In this document: piece by piece, positions 13,082 through 24,748 of the stretch | Numbering within the stretch: the stretch's first letter is position 1 | Layout of the letters: the number at the start of each line of letters is the position of its first letter | Source of the DNA: Macrostomum lignano | Lineage: Eukaryota | NCBI GenBank assembly: GCA_002269645.1 | Contig: NIVC01004574.1 | Coordinates: forward strand, 1-41,670 | Direction of reading: 5' to 3' | Length of the DNA: 41,670 nt | Position numbers and translations under genes: made by a program | Notes under the pieces: generated by a model | Told to the model about the DNA's origin: nothing | What the model saw: only the letters and a program-made list of their open reading frames with translations | The model's database searches: none

Positions 13082-13812
13082 GCATCCCTGAAGAAGCCGG
13101 CTCAGAATCGGCGGCCGCGCCAACCTCAGCAGCAGCAGCAGCAGACGGAGGCTCCGAGGACCTCCTGCAGGCAGTCCCGGGCCGAGGCTACCGCGTCACC
13201 ATCGAGCAGCTGAACCGGCAGATCGCCAGCCTCACGGACCAGCTGCAGTCCATGGAGAGCGAGCGCGACCTGCTGTGCACCGAGCTGGAGTCCCGGCCAA
13301 CCAACAGTGACCACGTACTGCTGATGTCGAAACTGCAACGATGCGAGCGACTTCTTCGCCGGCACAACATCGACATCGGCAAGGAGGCATCAACGGCGGC
13401 AGCTGGTCGAGATTTCAGCACCCGAGTGGAAGACATCGACCTGCTGCCATTGTCGGTGTGCCAGAAACACCTCAAGGACTCAGCCAGACTGCTGGGCATC
13501 GAAGATCTGAAACAGCTGCGCGAGGCTCTGACAGATTTGGTGAGCATATCGGATGCATACGGCATCGCGCATCCTATAGTGGCCAAGATACAGGCCATTG
13601 TACTCGATGATGAAGCGTCCCAGCATCTTCTTCAGCAACATCAACAGCAACAATCTGTCAATCAGTCGCAGAAGAGTAAAGATCGCGTTAACCTTCTGGT
13701 TCCGGTGCTGGAGCAGTGGAGAGATCAGCTGATCCGGCTGCCAGAGTTGCAGCAGTCCTTGGAGCGCCTGTTTATGCAACTGTATCCTTGGTCGGCTGTG
13801 GAAAAACTACAG
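13082..13812 (+). CDS. CEP70: CEP70 exon 3 (5' boundary could be 13082, 13094 or 13106; all in frame)
   Basis: Phase-1 entry continues into the frame of ORF 13252; CAG|GTGGGT donor, phase 0. Confidence 0.8.
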
Positions 13813-13904
13813 GTGGGTTTTTTATTGAACCTGCTGTACAGTACACTGTACTGTAAATATTTTTGCATGTTTTAATACTATAAAGATTCTATAAAGACAT
13901 CTGA

Positions 13905-14462
13905 CTTATCGATATCCGCCCTTAAACCCCCTGGATATCCACCCCTAAACCCACCTGGATATCCACCCCTAAAACCCCTGACCCTAAACCCACCTGGATA
14001 TCCGCACCTAAACCCACCTAGATATCCACCCTTAAAGCCAACTGTATATTCGCCCCTAAACCTCGCTATATCCGCTTCTAAACCCATCTCGATATCGGCC
14101 ACTAAACCCACCTGGATATCCGCCCCTAAACCTACATGGATATCCGCCCCTAAACCTACATGGATATCCGCCCCTAACCTACCGAGATATCCGCCCCTAA
14201 ACCCACCTGGATATCCGCACCTAAAACCCCTGACCCTAAACCCACCTGGATATCCGCACCTAAACCCACCTAGATATCCACCCTTAAAGCCAACTGTATA
14301 TCCGCCCCTAAACCTCGCTATATCCGCTTCTAAACCCATCTCGATATCCGCCCCTAAACTAATCTCGATATCCGCCCCTAAACTCATCTCGATATCCGCC
14401 CCTAAACTCATCTAGCTCGCCCCTAAACCCACCTGAATATTTGCTTCTAAACCCCCTATATA
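13905..14462. repeat. Intronic minisatellite, 21-24 bp units (GATATCCGCCCCTAAACCCACCTG) with an internal larger-block duplication
   Basis: Tandem copies filling CEP70 intron 3. Confidence 0.9.
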
Positions 14463-14478
14463 CCTACCCCTGCTCCAG

Positions 14479-15042
14479 GCCGCCCCAGACACGGTCAGCT
14501 TGATCGCCGCAATCGATCGAATGGCATCGGACGAGAATTATGAGCTGGCTCCAACAGACTTGAATGGTGTCGCTAGTAGTGATTCGGCTGGAGCTTCCGG
14601 TTCCCAGCAGCAGCCGCCTCATTCGATGCTCCTCGGCATGGTGGATCATTTCCGTAGGCTATTCGACGTTGCTCAGTTGTCGGGAGTTTGCACGAAAATG
14701 AATTCAATCTACACAGAGTTGGGCGTCTGTCGCAACGCTATGAACAGTATTAAAGAGTCACTGGGATTTGTTGAACAAACTCCCATGGAAGCTGTGGTCA
14801 GCGCTGTTGACAGGCTGATGCAACTCGAACGGTTGGCTGTCAACGATAAAATCCAAGAGATTTTCAGTCACGAGGATGTCCAGCTAGCGTTCGATCGACT
14901 AGAAGAATACGACCAATTTTTTCCGGTGTTTGAAGAGCTCGTTAAGAGCCTCATGACGGTGCTCGGCGTTGATCGTATTGATCAGATTCTGCCTAAAGTG
15001 ACCGCTCATAAGCGAGTGTTTGACAGTCAAAGTGGCGCTTGA
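14479..15042 (+). CDS. CEP70: CEP70 exon 4, C-terminal TPR-like domain
   Basis: ctccAG acceptor, phase 0. VDHFRRLFDV..LSGV..KMN..Y..LG...NA and LEEYDQFFPVF...LM.VLGVD.ID.ILP.V match the recalled CEP70 C-terminus ([22 protein letters not shown]...LEEHEEFFPAF). Joined CDS is 2043 nt (680 aa). Confidence 0.9.
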   Translation, partial: AAPDTVSLIAAIDRMASDENYELAPTDLNGVASSDSAGASGSQQQPPHSMLLGMVDHFRRLFDVAQLSGVCTKMNSIYTELGVCRNAMNSIKESLGFVEQTPMEAVVSAVDRLMQLERLAVNDKIQEIFSHEDVQLAFDRLEEYDQFFPVFEELVKSLMTVLGVDRIDQILPKVTAHKRVFDSQSGA

Positions 15043-15316
15043 TTTTTAATTTTAATGACTAATTGAATCTTTAGACTTTATAAAGTAAAATTTCCCCGTC
15101 ATCGATTTATTAGAATCAAGTCGTAATTTAAATTCTAGAAACGAACTAGAATCAGGAAGTACGGTAATTGTTTACATTCGTTGCAGAATCATTATTTAGT
15201 TAAAATATGTTTGTTACAAATTTACCTTGGTGACAAATGTACGTGTAAGTTTAAACGGCCATTCTTGAAATTGTTATAATACTTGCAGCTTTGACCGGTT
15301 CACATATTGTTTTCAA

Positions 15317-15550
15317 TCAAATTACAAAAGTAACGTAGCGCGCTTGAAGCTTATTTGAACTTATGTACTTGGATCGATCCAAGACGTCTAGTAATTTAAG
15401 AATGTCTGCATTCTGCATATCGGTGATGCTTGAAGCATTTGCCTTTTTGTTTTTTGTACTAGTTGTACGCAATCCTATAGACTCGTAAGCTGTCTTCTGA
15501 TGTAAAGATTGCACTTCTTTCTTTTTAAATTCCAAAATCCAAAATTGCAA
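15317..15550 (-). mobile_element. Possible CR1/L2-type LINE ORF1 N-terminal remnant
   Basis: Pattern F....EV......YESIG.R....NK.....DILKLLDVLD......P/A.[YF]V resembles, from memory, invertebrate LINE ORF1 N-termini. No database confirmation. Confidence 0.25.
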
Positions 15551-16479
15551 AAATGTGTTATTAATTTTTTACTCCGTCCGCAGTTTTTTTGTTGCCTTAT
15601 GAATAAGATTGGCTGGCCTGCTGCTTTTTAGCAATTCATGTGCGTATGCATGCGTTTCATTAACAGCTTTATTATTATTGCTCAAATAAAAAATGCGGTT
15701 AAAATAAGTCCCATATACAAATAAGTTTGACATTCGAAGATCGAGTACACCTACAAATCATTTTTATACTATGCAACTAAGAATTAATTGTAACAGTAGT
15801 TCAAAAGTGGAAGCGCAAGAAGTTGTGTGATCTTTGGATGTTAGATCCCTTACTAGGTCACCAAAAACGATCAGTATAGAGGGGAATGGAGCCATTGAAA
15901 AGAATGCATCACTCTGATATCTCAACCAGTGGAATAAAGAAATAGAGAATATTGTCTAAAATCGTGGTTGTCTTTTCGCATCCACACGACCAGCAACCTG
16001 TATTTTAATCAGAAAGAGAATAATAGCCTCCATTTCTATATAATTTAGCAAATCCTTTCTTGAAAGAAGACAAAATTAATTAAAGCGGATCGAAAAAATT
16101 ATGTTAATGTTCAAAGCAAGCAGGTTCGATGTTTAATTGAAAGTTAAACGTTTCTGTAATATTATTTGAAACTGATAATACAATTAAACTTTTTTTATTT
16201 TTATTACTATAAAAAGAGTTTTTATCATATTTTGTATTGTTCAAGAAACAAATATTTGTTTTACTAACAATAAATCTGAAAATTTCTAACTAACGATATT
16301 TTCAAGGAAACTTTTGGTTGGTCGTGCACGAAATTACTTTATAACACTCAAGTTCACCTGATTATTAATTATTTGATGACTCTATCGTTTCTGTTATTTG
16401 TTCTTCAGTGCCTCAGGATATTGCTAGCCTAATTTTCAGTTTATGCTTTCCTTAAGCTTTTCAATTTCATTGAGGTTCG

Positions 16480-16497
16480 ATGTCGGTAGTGAAGGAG
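16480..16497 (+). CDS. POLR3E: RNA polymerase III subunit RPC5, exon 1 (MSVVKE)
   Basis: ATG with in-frame TGA 9 nt upstream; GAG|GTAAAT donor. Joins to give MSVVKEIPVYLSK, cf. RPC5 PVVQEIDVYLAK. Confidence 0.7.
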
Positions 16498-16784
16498 GTA
16501 AATACATTTTAAAATTAAACTATTAATCACTTTGTAAACCAATTAAATAATGCAAGAAACTATTTAATAATAGCCATAGCAAGTTGGCTGGTAAGCCAGA
16601 TAGTCCTAGTTCAAAAGGTTGCATAAATATATTATCACTTGGGCAGTTTGAAACAAAGTTGCCTAGTTCAAACTCCTGTTTTTATTATCATGCTATGTAT
16701 GTATCCCTAAGCATTTTATTGATATGCCATTATGGAAACTGAATTATATATATATATATACATATTTGTATATTTTAATTTCAG

Positions 16785-16835
16785 ATTCCTGTTTACTTGT
16801 CAAAGCAAGCTATACATGATTTACTTCTATTCGAG
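16785..16835 (+). CDS. POLR3E: POLR3E exon 2 (IPVYLSKQAIHDLLLFE)
   Basis: aatttcAG acceptor, GAG|GTAAGA donor, phase 0/0; homology to IDVYLAKSLAEKLYLFQ. Confidence 0.8.
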
Positions 16836-16931
16836 GTAAGATAAAATTTTAATTTTCTTTAGGCTTTTTTAATTAAATATAAATTAAACTTTCCTACCTT
16901 CAGAAATGCATTCCTTTATACTGATTTTCAG

Positions 16932-17009
16932 TTTCCAAACAGGCCAAAGGATAATCTATTGAAGCCATCATCTATAATTGATTGCAAATATAAACCAAAA
17001 GCACAATGT
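16932..17009 (+). CDS. POLR3E: POLR3E exon 3 (FPNRPKDNLLKPSSIIDCKYKPKAQC)
   Basis: ctgattttcAG acceptor, GTAAGT donor, phase 0/0; homology to YPVRP...AKIKPKQQK. Confidence 0.8.
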
Positions 17010-17697
17010 GTAAGTTTTTGTCTATTAATCTATTGTATTTTTATTACTAACAATAACAATATATATTCTTTATAAATCTTTTATGAAAACATTAGTATCC
17101 ACACTTTTTGGTGCCTAAGCCTTAGCTAAATCTTCTTAGCACATAGTCTAAGTGGAGTATTATAAAAAATATGGATATTCAGCAAATGCAATTTAATTAA
17201 ATAGCTTTTTAAAAATTAAAGAAGTATGCTAGTTTAACTAAAAGGACACTACTTTTATCAGGAAAATAAAAAGTTTTGTAAAACATTTATTTTATTGTTT
17301 TAAGATGACTTTATTATTTAGGCATCATAAACTAGGGCACCAGAAAGCAATCTCCAGTGCTCAAGGTATAGGCAATAAAAAGCATGGAAATCAAGACATT
17401 CTAGTTGTAGCTGCTTATCTTAAATGTATATATTGTTCTTAATAGAAAGGTTTTATTTTTATTTATATGTAAGGCTAGGCCTACATTAGTGAGCTATTGT
17501 ATTATTGCTTTGCCTTTTAAATCTCTTGACTTTAATTTAAAGCAAAAGAAAATATTAACAAAATCTGCCATTTAGCTATAGAGGAATTGCAGGCAATGTA
17601 ATTTTAGAATGCAAAATTCAATGTATGATTTTGTTTAAAAAATTAGCACCCTATTTTAATTGTTAAAAGTCAATTCATCTTTCATTTAATCAATTGA

Positions 17698-18370
17698 TCA
17701 GTCAGTCAGTCAGTCAGTCAGTCAGTCAGTCAGTCAGTCAGTCAGTCAGTCAGTCAGTCAGTCAGTCAGTCAGTCAGTCAGTCAGTCAGTCAGTCAGTCA
17801 GTCAGTCAGTCAGTCAGTCAGTCAGTCAGTCAGTCAGTCAGTCAGTCAGTCAGTCAGTCAGTCAGTCAGTCAGTCAGTCAGTCAGTCAGTCAGTCAGTCA
17901 GTCAGTCAGTCAGTCAGTCAGTCAGTCAGTCAGTCAGTCAGTCAGTCAGTCAGTCAGTCAGTCAGTCAGTCAGTCAGTCAGTCAGTCAGTCAGTCAGTCA
18001 GTCAGTCAGTCAGTCAGTCAGTCAGTCAGTCAGTCAGTCAGTCAGTCAGTCAGTCAGTCAGTCAGTCAGTCAGTCAGTCAGTCAGTCAGTCAGTCAGTCA
18101 GTCAGTCAGTCAGTCAGTCAGTCAGTCAGTCAGTCAGTCAGTCAGTCAGTCAGTCAGTCAGTCAGTCAGTCAGTCAGTCAGTCAGTCAGTCAGTCAGTCA
18201 GTCAGTCAGTCAGTCAGTCAGTCAGTCAGTCAGTCAGTCAGTCAGTCAGTCAGTCAGTCAGTCAGTCAGTCAGTCAGTCAGTCAGTCAGTCAGTCAGTCA
18301 GTCAGTCAGTCAGTCAGTCAGTCAGTCAGTCAGTCAGTCAGTCAGTCAGTCAGTCAGTCAGTCAGTCAGT
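17698..18370. repeat. (TCAG)n microsatellite, ~670 bp, POLR3E intron 3
   Basis: Directly visible. Confidence 0.99.
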
Positions 18371-18411
18371 CAATCAGTCATCAACCGGCCAATTAATCAA
18401 TCAACCAAAAG

Positions 18412-19009
18412 GCCGAGCTGTCACTCGCAGTGGACACGAAGTCGCCCAACTACGAGCGCCACCGAGGCCAAGAGCTGGGCCAGCTGGCCCCAGAGCAGTT
18501 TCCACGCGGTCAGTTTGACCGTCAGCTGCTCCGCTCAATGCCCAAAGCTGGTCAGCAACAGCAACAGCAAAATCGTTTCGTTGTGGCCCGTTTCCATGAC
18601 AACAGATTGACTCTTTGCCCGATCTCGTCTACGGCTAGACTAGTAATGCAGCCTGTGCTGGAGCATCTGGACTCGGCGGCAGCAAAATCTTCGACCGAGC
18701 AGCAGTCGAATGCTGGTGCAGCTGGCGACGATGCAGACGCTGCCAGAGCCGTCACTCTGCGCTTCGCTCGACAGGAGACTCCGGAAGCTCGTCAGCGTAG
18801 GGAGCAGAGCTACCGAGTCTGCCAGCGGCTGCTCGAACAGGAACCCTGGACTGGATGCCAGTGGCTGTCAGTTGACGAGGATCAGCCTCTTCGTAGTAAT
18901 GACGAATTTCTTTTAGGCGTTGTTAATAGCAACAGCGAGAACGAGCCGGTTGCTATGGATACGAGAGAACCAGTGCCTAAAACTGGTGGAGAAGCTAGGG
19001 AGGCTGGTG
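18412..19009 (+). CDS. POLR3E: POLR3E exon 4 (Sin/RPC5 domain)
   Basis: AELSLAVDTKSPNY... and VTLRFARQETPEARQRREQSY...EEPW-like motif match RPC5 (AIDTLNPNY; VRFSRPESEQARQRRVQSY). AAG acceptor; GTAAGT donor, phase 1. Confidence 0.92.
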
Positions 19010-19214
19010 GTAAGTTTTTCATTTTTTTCATGTGCTTAGACTCTCACTTGATGACTAAGAGTTTGACGAAATCAGAGTCTTGATTTATTTAATCCACTGT
19101 TGCTTTTGCATCAAAGTTGCAGACTTTTGTGTCTTACCTTTGGTCTGCCACAATTTACACTGGCTGGATCCGTCGTATGTTCTGTCCCGTCTAAAATTGG
19201 TCTCTCTCCTTATT

Positions 19215-19745
19215 GTTCTCTCATTGTCTGAGCTAGACTGGGCCTGCCCCTAGGCTGAGTTTCCTCCCTTTGACTTTCACTTCTCTCTTTACTGCTCTCT
19301 TATTGGCTGAGCTAGACTGGGCCTGCCCCCTAGGCTTAGTTTCGTCCCTCTGACTTTCACTTCTCTCTTTACTGCTCTCTCATTGGCTGTCTTGGCTGAG
19401 CTAGACTGGGCCTTCCCTAGGCTGAGTTTCGTCCCTCTGACTTTCACTTCTCTCTTTACTGCTCTCTCATTGGCTGAGCTAGACTGGGCCTGCCCTAGGC
19501 TGAGTTTCGTCCCTCTGACTTTCACTTCTCTCTTTACTGCTCTCTTATTGGCTGAGCTAGACTGGGCCTGCCCCCTAGGCTTAGTTTCGTCCCTCTGACT
19601 TTCACTTCTCTCTTTACTGCTCTCTCATTGGCTGAGCTAGACTGGGCCTGCCCTAGGCTGAGTTTCGTCCCTCTGACTTTCACTTCTCTCTTTACTGCTC
19701 TCTCATTTGCTGAGCCAGACTGGGCCTGCCCATAGGCTGATTTTC
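19215..19745. repeat. Intronic minisatellite, 78 bp unit, ~7 copies
   Basis: TTGGCTGAGCTAGACTGGGCCTGCCCTAGGCTGAGTTTCGTCCC... repeated in POLR3E intron 4. Confidence 0.95.
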
Positions 19746-19862
19746 GTCTGTCTTGCGTTCACTGGTGTACATCGAGTTAACTGCTTTATAAGGCCTATTC
19801 AAAACCCGTAAATTTGTGTGCCATAGATTATGCTAAAAATCTTTTTACAACCAAATTTTCAG

Positions 19863-20131
19863 CAATGGGCAGCAGTGGCAACAGCAGCGAGCTGTACCTG
19901 AGCCGCCTGTGCCCTCCGGTGTCCTCCGTTTCGTCCGTCGACGAATGCGCCGCCTCAGTTGCCGACTGTGGACGCCCGTCAGTCTCGCTGGCCCGTCTGA
20001 AGGCGATGCCTTGCGACGAACGGCTGAGAGCCCTGTTTAAAAGCGCATGCGTGCTGCGATGGACTCAACTGGTCGATTTGCTCAAGCAGTGCGGCATGTC
20101 GCACGCGCAACTGACCGAGTCGCTGACGCAG
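19863..20131 (+). CDS. POLR3E: POLR3E exon 5
   Basis: ttttcAG acceptor, phase 1; CAG|GTTTGT donor, phase 0. YLSRLCPP...VSLARLKAMP cf. YLMMLMPP...LSMAQLRTLP. Confidence 0.88.
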
Positions 20132-20205
20132 GTTTGTGTAGCAGCTGACTTTATATCCGCCAAAAATAAGTCAATCGAAGTCCCATTACAAATTATTAAA
20201 AATCC

Positions 20206-21003
20206 CATCTGAAATCTAAGGTCAAAATCCCATCTCAAATCAATCAAAATCCCACATCAAATCAATCAAAATCCCATCTCAAATCAATCAAAATCCCATA
20301 TCAAATCATTAAAATCCCATCTCAAATCAATCAAAATCCCACATCAAATCAATCAAAATCCCATCTCAAATCAATCAAAATCCCATATCAAATCATTAAA
20401 ATCCCATATCAAATCATCAAAATCCCACATCAAATCAATCAAAATCCCATAATCAAATCAATCAAAATCCCATCTCAAATCAATCAAAATCCCATATCAA
20501 ATCATTAAAATCCCATATCAAATCATCAAAATCCCACATCAAATCAATCAAAATCCCATAATCAAATCAATCAAAATCCCATATCAAATCATTCAAAATC
20601 CCATATCAAATCAATCAAAATCCCATATCAAATCAATCAAAATCCCACATCAAATCAATCAAAATCCCATCTCAAATCAATCAAAATCCCACATCAAATC
20701 AATCAAAATCTCATACTCAAATCAATCAAAATCCCACATCAAATCAATCAAAATCCCATATCAAATCATTCAAAATCCCATATCAAATCATTTAAAATCC
20801 CATATCAAATCATTCAAAATCCCACATCAAATCACTCAAAATCCCATATCAAATAATTTAAAATCCCATATCAAATCAATCAAAATCCCACATCAAATAA
20901 ATCAAAATCCCATCTCAAATCAATTAAAATCCCACATCAAATCATTCAAAATCCCACATTAAATCAATCAAAATCCCATACTCAAATCAATCAGAATCCC
21001 CAT
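20206..21003. repeat. Intronic minisatellite, ~22 bp unit (AAAATCCCATATCAAATCAATC), nearly G-free on + strand
   Basis: Tandem copies filling POLR3E intron 5. Confidence 0.95.
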
Positions 21004-21033
21004 GATCTCAATTCCCCTTAACTCTCAATGCAG

Positions 21034-21426
21034 ATTCACGGTCACCTAAATGAGCTCGCCTGCTTAGTTCACGGCCAATGGGTGGTGAAATCGGAGATCC
21101 TGTACCCGCCTGGCACTCTCAGCATGTACAGCGGCGTCCCCTCCGAGGTGATGTGCCGCGGTCGGGACTACATTCTCTGCCGGTTTGTCCAGGGCCGCAC
21201 AGTCACTCGTAAAGAAGTCGCTTCCCTGGTGAAAATGCCTAGCGAAGAGATCTCGCAAATATTGTCGAGAATTTCTAGGATAGTCAGGCCTACAGGGGAT
21301 TCTGGGCAGCAGCATCATCAGCATCAGCATCATCAAGAGCCTCATCGGGCCCCGAAAATGCGCCTAGCCTTTGTGCTTGACGAGGACACCGAGTATATTC
21401 GACGAAATCCGGATGTTGTTAAGAAG
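21034..21426 (+). CDS. POLR3E: POLR3E exon 6
   Basis: LVHGQWVVKSEILYP...SGVPSEVMCRGRDYIL matches RPC5 LVQGNWVVKSDILYP...SGVPAEVLCRGRDFVM. tgcAG acceptor; AAG|GTCAGT donor. Confidence 0.93.
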
Positions 21427-21489
21427 GTCAGTTTTGAATGGTTTTTGTGTTTATCTCCTTCCCTGATGTTAATCCACCCTGCTTTGTCC

Positions 21490-24400
21490 ATCCGCCTCCT
21501 AATCCTCCTTGAGTGTGTGACCCATCCGCCTCTTAATCCTCCTTGAGTGTGTGACCCATCCGCCCTCTAATCCTCTTTGAGTGTGTGACCCATCCGCCCC
21601 TTAATCCTCCTTGAGTGTGTGACCTATCCGCTCCTTAATCCTCCTTGAGTGTGTGACCCATCCGCCCCTAATCCTCCTTGAATGTTACCCATCCGCCCCT
21701 AATTCTCGAGTGAGTGACCCGTCCGCTCCCTAATCCTCCACGGGTGTGTTACTCATCCGACCCCTAATCCTCTTTCAGTGTGGGACCCATCTGCCCCCTA
21801 ATCCTCCACGGGTGTGTGACCCATCCGCCCCCTTATCCTCTTCCAGTGTGTTACTCATCCGCCCCCTAATCCTCCATGAGTGTGTTACCCATCCGCCCTA
21901 ATCCTCCACGGGTGTGTTACTCATCCGACCCCTAATCCTCTTTCAGTGTAGGACCCATCTACCCCCTAATCCTCCACGGGTGTGTGACCCATCCGCCCCC
22001 TTATCCTCTTCCAGTGTGTTACCCATCCGCCCCTAATCCTTTTCCAGTGTGTTACCCATCCGCCCCCTAATCCTCCATGAGTGTGTGACCCATCCGCCCC
22101 CTAATCCTCCTTGAGTGTGTGACCCATCCGCTCCTTAATCCTCCTTGAGTGTGTGACCCATCCGCCCCCTAATCCTCCTTGAATGTTACCCATCCGCCCC
22201 TAATTCTCGAGTGAGTGACCCGTCCGCTCCCTAATCCTCCACGGGTGTGTTACTCATCTGACCCCTAATCCTCTTTCAGTGTGGGACCCATCTGCCCCCT
22301 AATCCTCCACGGGTGTGTGACCCATCCGCCCCCTTATCCTCTTCCAGTGTGTTACTCATCCGCCCCCTAATCCTCCATGAGTGTGTTACCCATCCGCCCT
22401 AATCCTCCACGGGTGTGTTACTCATCCGACCCCTAATCCTCTTTCAGTGTAGGACCCATCTACCCCCTAATCCTCCACGGGTGTGTGACCCATCCGCCCC
22501 CTTATCCTCTTCCAGTGTGTTACCCATCCGCCCCTAATCCTTTTCCAGTGTGTTACCCATCCGCCCCCTAATCCTCCATGAGTGTGTGACCCATCCGCCC
22601 CCTAATCCTCCTTGAGTGTGTGACCCATCCGCTCCTTAATCCTCCTTGAGTGTGTGACCCATCCGCCCCCTAATCCTCCTTGAATGTTACCCATCCGCCC
22701 CTAATTCTCGAGTGAGTGACCCGTCCGCTCCCTAATCCTCCACGGGTGTGTTACTCATCCGACCCCTAATCCTCTTTCAGTGTGGGACCCATCTGCCCCC
22801 TAATCCTCCACGGGTGTGTGACCCATCCGCCCCCTTATCCTCTTCCAGTGTGTTACTCATCCGCCCCCTAATCCTCCATGAGTGTGTTACCCATCCGCCT
22901 TAATCCTCCACGGGTGTGTTACTCATCCGACCCCTAATCCTCTTTCAGTGTAGGACCCATCTACCCCCTAATCCTCCACGGGTGTGTGACCCATCCGCCC
23001 CCTTATCCTCTTCCAGTGTGTTACCCATCCGCCCCTAATCCTTTTCCAGTGTGTTACCCATCCGCCCTCTAATCCTCTTTGAGTGTGTGACCCATCCGCC
23101 CCTTAATCCTCCTTGAGTGTGTGACCTATCCGCTCCTTAATCCTCCTTGAGTGTGTGACCCATCCGCCCCCTAATCCTCCTTGAATGTTACCCATCCGCC
23201 CCTAATTCTCGAGTGAGTGACCCGTCCGCTCCCTAATCCTCCACGGGTGTGTTACTCATCCGACCCCTAATCCTCTTTCAGTGTGGGACCCATCTGCCCC
23301 CTAATCCTCCACGGGTGTGTGACCCATCCGCCCCCTTATCCTCTTCCAGTGTGTTACTCATCCGCCCCCTAATCCTCCATGAGTGTGTTACCCATCCGCC
23401 CTAATCCTCCACGGGTGTGTTACTCATCCGACCCCTAATCCTCTTTCAGTGTAGGACCCATCTACCCCCTAATCCTCCACGGGTGTGTGACCCATCCGCC
23501 CCCTTATCCTCTTCCAGTGTGTTACCCATCCGCCCCTAATCCTTTTCCAGTGTGTTACCCATCCGCCCCCTAATCCTCCATGAGTGTGTGACCCATCCGC
23601 CCCCTAATCCTCCTTGAGTGTGTGACCCATCCGCCCCCTAATCCTCCTTGAATGTTACCCATCCGCCCCTAATTCTCGAGTGAGTGACCCGTCCGCTCCC
23701 TAATCCTCCACGGGTGTGTTACTCATCTGACCCCTAATCCTCTTTCAGTGTGGGACCCATCTGCCCCCTAATCCTCCACGGGTGTGTGACCCATCCGCCC
23801 CCTTATCCTCTTCCAGTGTGTTACCCATCCGCCCCCTAATCCTCCTTGAGTGTGTTACCCATCCGCCCTAATCCTTTTCCAGTGTGTTACCCATCCGCCC
23901 CCTAATCCTCCATGAGTGTGTGACCCATCCGCTCCTTAATCCTCCTTGAGTGTGTGACCCATCCGCCCCCTAATCCTCCTTGAATGTTACCCATCCGCCC
24001 CTAATTCTCGAGTGAGTGACCCGTCCGCTCCCTAATCCTCCACGGGTGTGTTACTCATCCGACCCCTAATCCTCTTTCAGTGTGGGACCCATCTGCCCCT
24101 AATCCTCCACGGGTGTGTGACCCATCCGCCCCTTATCCTCTTCCAGTGTGTTACCCATCCGCCCCCTAATCCTCCTTGAGTGTGTTACCCATCCGCCCTA
24201 ATCCTTTTCCAGTGTGTTACCCATCCGCCCCCTAATCCTCCATGAGTGTGTGACCCATCCGCTCCTTAATCCTCCTTGAGTGTGTGACCCATCCGCCCCC
24301 TAATCCTCCTTGAATGTTACCCATCCGCCCCTAATTCTCGAGTGAGTGACCCGTCCGCTCCCTAATCCTCCACGGGTGTGTTACTCATCCGACCCCTAAT

Positions 24401-24645
24401 CCTCTTTCAGTGTGGGACCCATCTGCCCCCTAATCCTCCACGGGTGTGTGACCCATCCGCCCCCTTATCCTCTTCCAGTGTGTTACCCATCCGCCCCCTA
24501 ATCCTCCTTGAGTGTGTTACCCATCCGCCCCCTAATCCTCCACGGGTGTGTGACCCATCCGCCCCCTTATCCTCTTCCAGTGTGTTACCCATCCGCCCCC
24601 TAATCCTCCTTGAGTGTGTTACCCATCCGCCCCCCTAATCCTTGA
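21490..24645. repeat. Intronic satellite, ~33 bp monomer (GTGTGTGACCCATCCGCCCCCTAATCCTCCTTGA) with ~501 bp higher-order repeat
   Basis: Marker AATTCTCGAG recurs at 21701, 22202, 22703, 23204, 23671, 24003, 24333. Confidence 0.95.
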
Positions 24646-24748
24646 ATCCTTAGATAATAAACTGAAAGTCCCCACTACTTCAAGTAACGTATTAATGCAG
24701 TCGCAATCCTACAAGTATAAAAACTGATTCCAAATGCCAAACCCGAAG

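Noticed and set aside
16120-16485. B-box-like GGTTCGA motifs near the POLR3E start (Pol III autoregulation idea)
   Set aside because: The matches are incomplete with no A-box at a suitable distance, so chance is likely.
16904-16931. Upstream CAG acceptor for POLR3E exon 3
   Set aside because: It gives a stop in phase 0. The 16932 acceptor preserves frame and homology.
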